Positions 37,830 to 47,594 of a stretch of 64,000 nucleotides of DNA are shown in pieces. Each line of letters opens with the position of its first letter. The stretch's first letter is position 1. This stretch comes from Candidatus Nanoarchaeia archaeon. Its GTDB lineage: Bacteria; Patescibacteriota; Microgenomatia; Woykebacterales; RBG-16-39-9b. A program made the position numbers and the translations under genes. The stretch covers positions 48,102 through 112,101 of the forward strand of contig DATBWR010000011.1 of assembly GCA_036514715.1 (NCBI GenBank), given 5' to 3'. The notes beneath the pieces were generated by a model. That model did no database searches. It was not told the DNA's origin and was given only the letters and a program-made list of their open reading frames with translations.

Positions 37830-37946
37830 ATTAAAATCCAAATAAATCGCCCTTGCGGGTGGCACAGGAAGAAGGGGTCCCGACAGCGCGTAAGTTACTG
37901 CTGAGCACTGGCGGGAGGGAATCCTGTGACAGAACCCGCTCAAGAC

Positions 37947-38876
37947 TCATTGCATCGCGCGCAGGGCGGCAACGCGTTCCTCCACACTTGGGTGGGTGTT
38001 GAAAAGGCCTGCAAACCAACCAACCCCGCCTTTTTGTTTATCTTTGAAGGGGTTTTCAAAATAAAGATGAGCAGTGCCTTTGTTGGCTACTTCCAAAGGT
38101 TCCTTGTCTTGGGAGATTTTGACCAGAGCAGTTGCCAAACTGTCCGGATTTCTTGTTAATAAGGCTCCGGAAGCATCGGCCAAAAACTCACGGCGACGAC
38201 TAACTGCCAAGCGAATCAACTGGGCAATCAAAGGTGAAAGCAAGGCTAGGATAACGGCAATTAAAATTAAAATTCCTCCACCACCGCCACGATCATCTCG
38301 ACGCCTGCCGCCTCCCCACCACATCATCCGGAAAAACATATCCGCTACCAGTGCGATTAAGCCAACCAAAACAGTCACTACTGCCATCACTCTGATATCG
38401 TAATTTTTAATATGGGAAAGCTCGTGCGCTACTACTCCTTCCAACTCTAAACGCGAGAGTTTTTGGAGAATTCCAGTAGTGAAAGCAACCGCCGCGTGTT
38501 TTGGATCCCTGCCAGTTGCAAAGGCATTAGGCGCAGTATCGTCAATGATGTAAATTCTGGGCATTGGTTGGCCTTGCGCAATGCACAAGTTTTCCACCAA
38601 ACGAAACAGTTCTGGATTGTCGCTTTTTTGGATTTGACGAGCCGCCGAAATAGCCAAAATGATCGAATCGGAAAAATAAAATGAGGCAAAATTCATTATC
38701 AGGGCAATAACCAGAAAAATAGTGGTAAAACCAACCGCCTCACTTTCCGTGTAACCTAAAGCACTGGTTAAAACGTAGGTAATACCTAAGACAAAAACGG
38801 TAAAGGCGACCATCAAAACAATGGTTTTCACCTTATTGGCAGAAACTTGATTATATGCAGTTTGAATTGTCGTCAT
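37947..38876 (-). CDS. htpX: M48 zinc metalloprotease HtpX
   Basis: NAFATG, HELSH, REFLAD and THP. Confidence 0.95.
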   Translation of the reverse strand: MTTIQTAYNQVSANKVKTIVLMVAFTVFVLGITYVLTSALGYTESEAVGFTTIFLVIALIMNFASFYFSDSIILAISAARQIQKSDNPELFRLVENLCIAQGQPMPRIYIIDDTAPNAFATGRDPKHAAVAFTTGILQKLSRLELEGVVAHELSHIKNYDIRVMAVVTVLVGLIALVADMFFRMMWWGGGRRRDDRGGGGGILILIAVILALLSPLIAQLIRLAVSRRREFLADASGALLTRNPDSLATALVKISQDKEPLEVANKGTAHLYFENPFKDKQKGGVGWFAGLFNTHPSVEERVAALRAMQ

Positions 38877-39082
38877 AATGTTTGGTGCAGAAAAAATTTT
38901 TTGTTAGCCGCCATATGAGCACAGCGTCTTTGAACTTGCAAAAAGGTGAAGAGGAAACTGGAACTGACTACCACGACAGTGGAGGAATTCCAGAGGACGT
39001 CCCGATCCTTTTTGCATTAGTTCAACAGCCAGCGCAAACTGGTGGCAGTTTGGAGCCACCTTTGCTGTCAAAGGTGGCAAAA

Positions 39083-39628
39083 CTAAAACTTAACTGCGAC
39101 AGTTTTCTTTTCCTCTTCAGTTGCTTCGAAAAAGTCTTCGGCTTTAAAGCCAAACATCCCAGCAATAATCATCGAGGGAAAGGTTTGAATTTTGGTGTTG
39201 TAATCAAGAACATTAGCGTTGTAAAACTGCCGAGCTGAAGCTACTTTCGTCTCAGTATCCGAGACCTCTTGTTGCAGTTCCTTGAAGTTTTCCGATGCTT
39301 TTAGTTCCGGATAAGCTTCCGCCACTGCAAAAAGGGATTTCAGAGCTCCAGTCAACATGTTGTCAGCTGCTTCGGCTTCTTTGGCAGAAGAGGCTCCCAG
39401 TATGGCGCTGCGCGCCTTAGTAACGTTCTCAAAAACTTCTTTTTCGTGCTTAGCGTAACCTTTGACAGTTTCTACCAAATTGGGAATTAAATCCGCTCGC
39501 CTTTTGAGTTGGACATCAATCCCACTCCAACCCTCTTTCACTCGATTGCGGGCGGTCACTAACCCGTTGTAGATACCAAAGACAACTACAACGATTAAAA
39601 CTACTACTCCGACAATGGCCCACTCCAT
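39083..39628 (-). CDS. lemA: LemA family protein
   Basis: [16 protein letters not shown] and EAYPELKAS. Confidence 0.97.
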   Translation of the reverse strand: MEWAIVGVVVLIVVVVFGIYNGLVTARNRVKEGWSGIDVQLKRRADLIPNLVETVKGYAKHEKEVFENVTKARSAILGASSAKEAEAADNMLTGALKSLFAVAEAYPELKASENFKELQQEVSDTETKVASARQFYNANVLDYNTKIQTFPSMIIAGMFGFKAEDFFEATEEEKKTVAVKF

Positions 39629-39668
39629 CTAAAAATCACCTCCCTTAGGTTCAAATTAGCTTTAAATT

Positions 39669-41372
39669 TTAATGCAGACCAATTATACCTTTGAGTTTAC
39701 GGTAAGACAAGGTGTTGATCACCTCATCTTTTTCCACCCAACCGCGCCTTGCCCCAGCAATCCCGTACTCCATCAACTCCAGATGAGAGGTATGGTGGGA
39801 ATCAGTGTCAATTGCGAAACTAATTTTAAAACGTTTAGCCTCTCGAATGAGTAGGTCGGGTAAGTCGGAGCGGTTAGGAAAAGCGTTTATTTCCATGATT
39901 TTGTTATTAACAGAAGCAAATTTAAAGATTTTCTCCCAGTCAGCTTCAATACCCTCTCTTTCGAGTAACATTCGTCCAGTTGGGTGGGCAAAAGCATCTA
40001 CATGAGGGTTTCCCAAGGCTTTTAAAATCCTTTTTGTCATAACTTCGGAGGGTTGCTTGAAACTGGTATGAATTGCGACCAAAACAAAGTCGTGTTTAGC
40101 AAGAATTTCATCAGGTATTTGCAGCGTTGCATCAACATTAATATTTACTTCGAGTCCTTTTATTACTCTAATCTTACTTTGTGAGTAATTTATTTGTTCT
40201 ATTTGCTTCAAGCGTTTGTCGTAATCCAGTAACCGTGGGTAGGAATGGTCGGTTAGAGCAATATACTCTCTCCCTAAGTTTACAGCCGCTTCGACCATTT
40301 CACCGATAGTACTGCGACCGTCGCTCCAGGTTGAGTGAGTGTGCAAATCGCCACAGATATCATTTAGCTGGATTAACTGGGGTAGTTTGTGTTCTAAAGC
40401 TGCTTCAATCTCACCAGTATCTTCCCGCAACTCAGGAGGCGGAAAACTCATACCTAAAAGTCGGTAAACCTCTTCTTCGGTCTGGAATTTATGCACTTTA
40501 TTGGTCTTGGTTTCTTTGATACCGTATTCGGAAACCGAATAACCTTTTTCTTGAGCAAGGCGGCGAAGTTTAATATTATGGCTTTTAGAACCCGTCAAAT
40601 GCTGTAGGAGGTTACCGTAAGTCTCAAGTGGCTGAACCATCAAGTCCACTCGCACACCGGTTTTTAAGGCAATGGTGGCGGTTCTTTCCCCAGCTTCGAC
40701 TACGCGATCGATACCAGGAGTTTTGGAGAAATGCTTTATCACTGAGTCTGGATCATTTGAAGCTGCCGAAATATCAATATCGCCAACAGTGGGCATCATG
40801 CGGCGCAAACTCCCCAAGGTGTCAGCTCGTTTTACTTTGGGGTGTTTGGCTAAATAAGCCATGACTTCTCTGGCAACAGTCTGCGCCACCGGCAGAAGAA
40901 TGCGGTCGCTTTTACGCTTATAATCCTCAACGCCTTCTAAGATCTTGTCTAAAGTCTTTTCCCTAAAATCTTTTTTTGCTAAAAACCCGGATTTTATCTT
41001 CTCTTCCAGGTCAGTAATACTTTCAACTCCAACTTCAGTAAGCTTGTAGGCAGTTTTGGGCCCAACTCCGGGCACTTTAAGAAGTTGGAACATACTCTTA
41101 TTTATGCCGTGAGTAACCTCTTCAAAATGGCCAACTTTGCCAGTGCGGAAAAGCTCGTCTAGATGGGCTCGTAAACTTTCTCCCAAGCCTGGAACTTCAT
41201 CCAAACGCTCTTCTTCCCACAAACTTTTGATGTCGGAAGAGGAGTTTTCAACCACATCGGCAGCAGTTTCGTAAGCGCGGATCTGAAATTGATTCATATT
41301 CTTGATCTGATAAACTGCCGCAATGCCGCGCAAAAGTTCTGCTATCTCCTTGTTAGTAAACGAAAAAGCCAT
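39669..41372 (-). CDS. polX: DNA polymerase X with PHP domain
   Basis: GSLRR, GDID and TGSKSHN; PHP HTH, TDH, AHPTGR and DSH; start MAFSFTN. Confidence 0.93.
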   Translation of the reverse strand: MAFSFTNKEIAELLRGIAAVYQIKNMNQFQIRAYETAADVVENSSSDIKSLWEEERLDEVPGLGESLRAHLDELFRTGKVGHFEEVTHGINKSMFQLLKVPGVGPKTAYKLTEVGVESITDLEEKIKSGFLAKKDFREKTLDKILEGVEDYKRKSDRILLPVAQTVAREVMAYLAKHPKVKRADTLGSLRRMMPTVGDIDISAASNDPDSVIKHFSKTPGIDRVVEAGERTATIALKTGVRVDLMVQPLETYGNLLQHLTGSKSHNIKLRRLAQEKGYSVSEYGIKETKTNKVHKFQTEEEVYRLLGMSFPPPELREDTGEIEAALEHKLPQLIQLNDICGDLHTHSTWSDGRSTIGEMVEAAVNLGREYIALTDHSYPRLLDYDKRLKQIEQINYSQSKIRVIKGLEVNINVDATLQIPDEILAKHDFVLVAIHTSFKQPSEVMTKRILKALGNPHVDAFAHPTGRMLLEREGIEADWEKIFKFASVNNKIMEINAFPNRSDLPDLLIREAKRFKISFAIDTDSHHTSHLELMEYGIAGARRGWVEKDEVINTLSYRKLKGIIGLH

Positions 41373-41532
41373 CGTAAACCCGTTTACCTCGGATGGTGGC
41401 AGGCTGAAACGAGGTGTAAGCCATGACTCCTCCGAGGTGGAAACAGTAAAGTCATGATAATCTTGATTATAGTGCAAACTTTTTCCAAAAGAAAAACCCC
41501 GCTCTGTCGTTAAACAAAACGGGGCCATGTGC

Positions 41533-42195
41533 TCATTTCCTTCGATTAGCTGGCCAGTTAGCAGGATTTTCTCCAAACTCTTGAAGAAATTCCCGGCCGT
41601 GACCAACTTCAATGCTAATTGGAATTCCGTTTCGACAAGGCAGGCACTCTTGGGCCGACCAGCTGGGAAACTGCTTAGTCACCAAGGCCTCGAGAGGAAC
41701 GGTAAAGGTGTTTTCTCCCCTCAGCCAAATACAGCTGATGCCGACAACTTCACCACCCAGTTCTTCTACTGCCTTTTTGACTGCTTCGACTGTTCCACCA
41801 GTAGTGATGATATCCTCGGCAACGAGAACTTTTTTACCTCTCACCACCTGATCGAAACCACGGTAGAACGCAAAGACTGGCCCCAAACCTTCCGATAGCT
41901 CACCCTTAAAAGGTTCGGCATAGGCAAATAGAACCACGCAACGCCTTGCAAGCAGCACGGCGAAAGGAATAGCTCCAACCGCAGCGCAAGCAACCACCTG
42001 GATTTGGCCTTGATCAACCAGGTCTTTTATTTGCTCGTAAGATTCCTCTGCCAAGTCAGCTAGCAAAGGCGGTTCGGTCGAAATCAGGTCCTTGTTGACG
42101 TAAGCGTTGCCGTGTCTTCCAGAGGTGAAAACGAAGTGTCCTTCAAGAAGAGCGTCTAAGTTCTTGATGTCTTCAATGATATCTTCCTCGTCCAT
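41533..42195 (-). CDS. pyrE: orotate phosphoribosyltransferase
   Basis: GHFVFTSGRH; PRPP-binding VAEDIITTGGT. Confidence 0.85.
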   Translation of the reverse strand: MDEEDIIEDIKNLDALLEGHFVFTSGRHGNAYVNKDLISTEPPLLADLAEESYEQIKDLVDQGQIQVVACAAVGAIPFAVLLARRCVVLFAYAEPFKGELSEGLGPVFAFYRGFDQVVRGKKVLVAEDIITTGGTVEAVKKAVEELGGEVVGISCIWLRGENTFTVPLEALVTKQFPSWSAQECLPCRNGIPISIEVGHGREFLQEFGENPANWPANRRK

Positions 42196-42203
42196 TTCCC
42201 CTC

Positions 42204-42924
42204 CTAGAGATTGCGGATTTCGGCGGTCAAGACTTCAGCGACTGCTTTGGGATCCTCAGCGTTAGTGAACTGACGACCGAAAATTGCGTTGAACTTCGGC
42301 CCGGCGACTTTTCCAGCTTCGCTAACCTTCCCACCCTGGTCAATGAAGCCTGGTGCTGACAGGGTGAACCTACCTACACCAATTTCTCGGTCGAATTGTT
42401 CTCGGTAGAGCTCAACAAACTCCGACTTGTTACCTGGGACGATGAAGTCTGTTACTCCCAGCTGTGCAGCGGTTCCGTAAATCCGCTCTGGTGCTTCGTC
42501 AGCGACGTAACCTTCCTCGCTAACCAAGAAACCCTTCTGAGTCATGTGGCCACCAACGATTGGCGTCACGCCGACCTCCTGAAGAGCCTTGACCCACCTT
42601 GCCAGGGTTTCGCAGCCGCCGAAGGGGAAAAGTATGGCGGCATCCACACCGCACTCGGCCATCAACTGGGCGTATTCTTGATCCAGATCCGGAATGTCAG
42701 TACCACCCTTCTGGTGGTCGGATCACTGGCAGTGAGTCGTGAGAGGGCTTCAGACAGGCAACTGTTGGACCTAGACCGTAGCGCAAAGCCAACATCCACC
42801 CTATTTTGTAGCCGGCGATACCTGGTACCTGACGGGTTTCCCTGACGATCTCTTCCGCTCTTTTTAGATCGCGGATGTCGAGGGCTGGGATGACACCTTT
42901 GTCAACACTAAACAGGCTAGACAT
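42204..42924 (-). pseudogene. pyrF: orotidine-5'-phosphate decarboxylase, frameshifted near 42720
   Basis: IPALD..YKIG in one frame; DHQKGGTDIP..PG..QGG..GR in another. Confidence 0.8.
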
Positions 42925-43214
42925 GATCTTTTCCTTTCTTAGTTATGAAATTGTTTAGGTTCGAAAAGGATTTTACTCTAACTATAAGTCCTCGTCAACC
43001 AAATTTGTTATGTGAACATAATACTAAAGGTAATTTAGAGAAAATTATGGAATTACTAGGCACGTATATTTACCAATACCAAATTAGCATTTTGTCTTAC
43101 TACTAGTACTCCTAAGCCCAAAAATACTATTATAATAGGTATATTAGTTTTATCACTTAGTCTTAACTAAAATTGACTATTGAGCCTTGTTTTGCTAAAC
43201 TAGTCAGGCTTTGT

Positions 43215-43290
43215 GGACCCGTGGTGTAGCGGTTAACATGCCTCTCTGTCGAAGAGGAGATCGCCGGTTCGATTCCGGTCGGGTCCGCCA
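43215..43290 (+). tRNA. tRNA-Asp(GUC)
   Basis: CCTCT-CTGTCGA-AGAGG arm; cloverleaf; CCA. Confidence 0.97.
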
Positions 43291-43435
43291 CTTGAGCCTC
43301 AAAATTCCCTCTTGCAACAACAATTATTGTTTGCTAGTGTGTTATTAACACCTCTAAAATTAGAGGTTCCCCTAACTGCCTCTTTTGAGAAAATAACCTA
43401 CTGCCCTTTCGAAAATTGTTAAAGAAGGGATCTTC

Positions 43436-44032
43436 ATGGCGAGAAACAAACTGCAGACTTCTGATCTTATGGAACAAAACCGCTCTTGGCTCTCCACCGG
43501 AATTGTTATTTTAATAGTGGTTGCTCTGGGGTTTTTGGCTTTTGATACTATTTCCCGCGATAGCGGTGACCAAGGTAAACAAGAAGAAGAGCAAGAAGAT
43601 GGTGCTAAAGATGAGCAAAAAGAGGACAGAGGTACCCAAGACCAACAAGGTGAGGGAACAACTCTACCCTCTACCCATACCGTTGCCAAAGGCGACAGTC
43701 TTTGGAAACTGGCGATAGCGTATTACAACGATGGTTATAAATGGACGGTAATTGCCTCAGAAAATAAACTGGCTAACCCGGATGTCATCCACGCCGGTAA
43801 CAATTTAACAATTCCCAAGATTGAAACTGCGGCCCCTGCACCCAGCGCCCAGCTCCCGACAACCTACACGGTAGTTCGCGGTGACACTTTGTGGGAACTC
43901 TCTCAGAAATACTATAACGACCCTTACCAGTGGTTTAGAATTCGTGATGCGAACGCTGGAAAGGTGGGTAAATTACCAAACGGCCGACCGTTGATCGAGA
44001 TCGGGAGTGTCCTGACCATACCCAAACTCTAA
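43436..44032 (+). CDS. membrane-anchored double LysM protein
   Basis: HTVAKGDSLWKLA and YTVVRGDTLWELS. Confidence 0.92.
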   Translation: MARNKLQTSDLMEQNRSWLSTGIVILIVVALGFLAFDTISRDSGDQGKQEEEQEDGAKDEQKEDRGTQDQQGEGTTLPSTHTVAKGDSLWKLAIAYYNDGYKWTVIASENKLANPDVIHAGNNLTIPKIETAAPAPSAQLPTTYTVVRGDTLWELSQKYYNDPYQWFRIRDANAGKVGKLPNGRPLIEIGSVLTIPKL

Positions 44033-44098
44033 AGGTTTGAAATTCAAACCTGCTTAGTGTAAACTGACCTCTGAAACTAGAGGTCAGTTTCATTTAAT

Positions 44099-44172
44099 GC
44101 GGGTAGAGTCAGCTGGTACGATGCCACCTTCCCAAGGTGGAGGAACGGGTTCGATTCCCGTTACCCGCTCCA
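44099..44172 (+). tRNA. tRNA-Gly(CCC)
   Basis: CCACC-TTCCCAA-GGTGG arm; UCCA end. Confidence 0.95.
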
Positions 44173-44173
44173 T

Positions 44174-44249
44174 GCCGATGTAGCTCAGCTGGTAGAGCGC
44201 CGCTTTCGTAAAGCGTGGGTCGTCAGTTCGAATCTGACCATCGGCTCCA
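44174..44249 (+). tRNA. tRNA-Thr(CGU)
   Basis: CGCT-TTCGTAA-AGCG arm; cloverleaf; CCA. Confidence 0.95.
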
Positions 44250-44265
44250 AATTCAAAAACAAAAA

Positions 44266-44300
44266 GTAGGCCGTGGGTTCGACTCCCACTCTCGGCTCCA
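44266..44300 (+). pseudogene. orphan tRNA 3' half
   Basis: GTGGG-TTCGACT-CCCAC T-arm + TCTCGGC-TCCA with no 5' half. Confidence 0.8.
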
Positions 44301-44344
44301 GTTGCAAACTCTAAACTCTTGCGCAATAATGCAGATACTTGTCC

Positions 44345-45085
44345 ATGAAAAAACGAAGTTCTTCCAGTCTTCCCGAATATAGTTACCGTCAAAGTTTGAA
44401 AAAAGAAGAAGTCAAGGTTTATCGGCGGATCGCTTTAATTTTAACCGCTGTTTTTGTAATTCTGGCGATCATCTGGTTCATGGGCACCACTTTCTTGAGC
44501 GCTCTAGGTACACTTTCCAACGGCAATGATCAAGAAACACCCTCTTCCAGCAACGAGGCTCTCCCCCTTTTAACACCGGAAATTGACAAACTCCCCACTG
44601 CTACAAAAGAGAGTGAGATTTCCGTTACCGGAGAAACAACTGCGGAAATAGAAGTGGTGCTCTTTGTTAACGACCAAGAAGTAGGTAAAACCAAGGCAGA
44701 TACTACCGGAACTTTCAAATTTGAGAAAGTTGCTTTGAAAGATGGGTTGAATTTAATTAAAGTTGTGGCAACTGATGAGTACGGAAAAACAGAGGAAGCA
44801 ACTGCAACCATAACCCAGGATAAAACTAAGCCTTCTCTGGCACTAGAGAGCCCAGTAGACGGTGCCAATTACCCCTCAACTACTAAAACTGTTAATGTCT
44901 CCGGAACGACTGATCCTGAGGCAGTTGTTTACGTCAATGGCTCGCAGGCAGTCGTTGCTAGTAGTGGGAAGTTTAGCTTTAACTTACCAGTTGGCACTGG
45001 CAGTAACGAAATTGAGGCCAGCGCTACTGATGCGGCAGGCAATTCAACTAACCTCAGAATTACTATCACGGTTGAGGCTAGTTAA
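44345..45085 (+). CDS. membrane-anchored protein with two Ig-like domains
   Basis: TM, then two GxT..V.VN..G.F..L..G.N.I...ATD..G repeats. Confidence 0.8.
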   Translation: MKKRSSSSLPEYSYRQSLKKEEVKVYRRIALILTAVFVILAIIWFMGTTFLSALGTLSNGNDQETPSSSNEALPLLTPEIDKLPTATKESEISVTGETTAEIEVVLFVNDQEVGKTKADTTGTFKFEKVALKDGLNLIKVVATDEYGKTEEATATITQDKTKPSLALESPVDGANYPSTTKTVNVSGTTDPEAVVYVNGSQAVVASSGKFSFNLPVGTGSNEIEASATDAAGNSTNLRITITVEAS

Positions 45086-46327
45086 AAAGACACCCAAGGC
45101 AACAATCACCCAAAATTCCATACTTAAGTCGTTCTTAAAATAAGGTACATCCACTAAACCGTGGACCAAAATTGCCACTAAAGAAGCAGCTAGTCCGAAA
45201 GTCAAGAAATTAGCTTTCGGCGGTCTAATCAAGTCAAAAAACAGCCAAAGCACAAGGCTAACAAACGAAAGTAACCCGAACAATCCCGTCTCAATCCAAA
45301 AATTTAAGACTAGGTTGTGGGGGTACTGCAAGTCCTCAGAGCTGCAGGTTCGATACTCATTATCCAAAAGGTGGTAACCGTTTAAGCCGGCCCCAAAAAT
45401 AGGCCTATCCTCAATCAATTTAACTGCTCCCTCCCACAAACACAGGCGTTGGTGAATAGTTTTTTCTTGAAAATTAAATCTAAAAAATTCCCCAATATTA
45501 GCAAGTAAAATAATGTTTAAAACGACGGCCAAACCTAAAAAAATGAGCAAAATTTTAGAAAAAAGCGGGAATAAATCACTTTTTAATTTTTTAATAATTA
45601 ATAAGCAGCCTAAAAAACTTGCTGCAGCTAAAACTCCAAGCCAAGCGCCTCGGGAACCACTCACCCACAAACCAGCCAGTAGAAGTAAGAAGTACGAAGC
45701 AAGAAGTAAAAAGTTTTTTGGGTTTCTTTTTTTGTCCGACCAAAAATTCAACATGTAACCTGCTGTTAAGAAAACAAGCGGCCCAAGAAATAAGCCAACT
45801 GCGTTGGAGGTAGTGTAAAAAGCACTGACTCTCCCCCGCTCAAGAAACTCTAGCGGGTTGCCAGGGTTAAAACTAGTTAGCTTCTCAAAAATAGCAAAAG
45901 CTGCCACAATAACACCTGAGGTCAACAAGGGTAAAACAACTCCCCAAACGTTCTTAGTCGCTCTTAAATAATCTAAAACAACAATAAAAATTAAAACCGG
46001 CTCAATAAAATAGGCTTTGTAAATACCTAAAGCGCCAATTTTATCCGGTGAGACTAAAACGCTGATACCTGAAAAAAATATCAATGAGCCAGTTACTATT
46101 TGGTATTTTTTTGGTATTAGCACCTTCAGGTCTGCAATTAACTTTTCGAACGAACCTGTCTGCCTCAATTTCACAAACAGCCAAGCAAAAAAAGTTGTCA
46201 GTATCAAAACTTCCAGCAGAGTGAAAGGAACAGGCGAAACACACCACTCAAAGCTCTTACAACGGATTAAATACGCTGGCAATGCTGCTAAAGTGAGGAA
46301 AATTAACCAAGAGACAAGCTTATTCAT
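45044..46327 (-). CDS. O-antigen ligase/polymerase family protein
   Basis: Multi-TM; SGSRGAW, RPIFGAG and YPHN. Confidence 0.88.
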   Translation of the reverse strand: MNKLVSWLIFLTLAALPAYLIRCKSFEWCVSPVPFTLLEVLILTTFFAWLFVKLRQTGSFEKLIADLKVLIPKKYQIVTGSLIFFSGISVLVSPDKIGALGIYKAYFIEPVLIFIVVLDYLRATKNVWGVVLPLLTSGVIVAAFAIFEKLTSFNPGNPLEFLERGRVSAFYTTSNAVGLFLGPLVFLTAGYMLNFWSDKKRNPKNFLLLASYFLLLLAGLWVSGSRGAWLGVLAAASFLGCLLIIKKLKSDLFPLFSKILLIFLGLAVVLNIILLANIGEFFRFNFQEKTIHQRLCLWEGAVKLIEDRPIFGAGLNGYHLLDNEYRTCSSEDLQYPHNLVLNFWIETGLFGLLSFVSLVLWLFFDLIRPPKANFLTFGLAASLVAILVHGLVDVPYFKNDLSMEFWVIVALGVFLTSLNRDSNSEVS

Positions 46328-47594
46328 CAGAAGCTTTACGGCCTAGTAGATCTAAATCGATTTCTGTAAGCAACAATAAAGCAAGGAAAATAACTAGTTC
46401 AGTTACCACTGTGATCGCCGCAGCGGCATTAAAACCAAACTTAGGAATTAAAATTAGGTTCAAAACTAGATTGAGGAGAACCGCAAAACCGTAAACAAAG
46501 GGCAAAAAGATTTCTTTATTCAAAGTTACTACGGTCCAGACAAGAAGCGAGGTGACAAAAAAAATCGGCAAACCAAGAAGGAGGATGCGCAGCGTCAATA
46601 TAGCTTCAGAATAATCTCCGAAGAAGCTAACCGTGTAGGGTGCCAAAAACCAGCCCACCAAGGTTCCTACCACTCCAAAAGCAAAGAGTTTTTGCCCTAC
46701 ACTGCGCACGTCCTCAGAAAACTTTATTTTGTTGTCTTTATGAGAGCTCAACATTGCTGGGTAAGCAGCGTTGACCAGATAAGTAGGCAGAGCAATGGCA
46801 AAGTCGAAAATTCGGTAGGCTAAACCGTAAATACCTACGGCAACAGCTGCACTCATACCTCCAATTTCTTGATAATTACTGAGAGCAATAATCTGTTTAT
46901 CGACGTTCGCGTTAATTTGACTAAAAACTATCATTAAACCCAAAGGAAAGCTTGCTAAGAGCAGAGACTTCCAAAGGCTAAAATCAAACCCGAAACCTCT
47001 AATTTTAAATAATCTTTGAGCTAAATAAAGACCAAGAGCTGCCTTGGCAAGGTTGCCTAATAAGAAAACGGTCACTATCCACAAAATTCCCCCTCCCAAA
47101 AACACCGCCAGGAAGACAAGCAGTAAAGTGGTTATACTTCCAACTATCTCGCTGAGAGCGTATTGGTCCCACCGGAGTTTGGTTTGGAAGATAGCGGTAG
47201 CAGTGTTAAATAGAGCCTGAAGGAGAATTAAAAAGACCCCAACAATTATTCCGAGCTTCACAGTTTGGGAATGTGGGAGAAAAGAAAGTACAGCCAGAGC
47301 TAAGAAAATACTTATTAAACTTAGAACTAACCTCAAGCCAAATAACTCTTTAAAGTAATCGCTAGCTTTTTCTTCGTCAGCAACTGCCTTTTTAACCACA
47401 ATACCGTTTAAGCCAAAATCAGCAAGGAGGGAAAATAGAGCAAGATAGGCAGTTATAGTCACAAAATCACCCCAAACTTCCTTGGAAAGGTTTTGGGTAA
47501 TGAGAAAAGTGACGATTAAAACTGAAACTGTGGAAACTAAACGACTAAAAAGTTGGGCTCCGCTATTGAAAATAAGTTTAAAATCAAAATTCAT
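46320..47594 (-). CDS. polysaccharide flippase (Wzx-like)
   Basis: ~12 TM; ADFGL, VGIYGLAYR and LIPKFG. Confidence 0.88.
   Translation of the reverse strand: MNFDFKLIFNSGAQLFSRLVSTVSVLIVTFLITQNLSKEVWGDFVTITAYLALFSLLADFGLNGIVVKKAVADEEKASDYFKELFGLRLVLSLISIFLALAVLSFLPHSQTVKLGIIVGVFLILLQALFNTATAIFQTKLRWDQYALSEIVGSITTLLLVFLAVFLGGGILWIVTVFLLGNLAKAALGLYLAQRLFKIRGFGFDFSLWKSLLLASFPLGLMIVFSQINANVDKQIIALSNYQEIGGMSAAVAVGIYGLAYRIFDFAIALPTYLVNAAYPAMLSSHKDNKIKFSEDVRSVGQKLFAFGVVGTLVGWFLAPYTVSFFGDYSEAILTLRILLLGLPIFFVTSLLVWTVVTLNKEIFLPFVYGFAVLLNLVLNLILIPKFGFNAAAAITVVTELVIFLALLLLTEIDLDLLGRKASDE

Noticed and set aside
37851-37945. Possible SRP (4.5S) RNA
   Set aside because: Lacks the conserved CAGG-x-GNRA-x-AGCA domain IV motif on either strand.
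38882-39238. 118-aa plus-strand ORF between htpX and lemA
   Set aside because: Overlaps lemA antisense and the intergenic hairpin; no protein features.
41373-41612. N-terminal extensions in the ORF track (polX, hppA, gatC, rplU, DUF4352-like)
   Set aside because: They overlap neighbouring genes or regulatory DNA; homology begins at downstream starts.
44090-44392. 100-aa minus ORF, and the 65-aa plus ORF at 49424
   Set aside because: Translations of tRNA genes.
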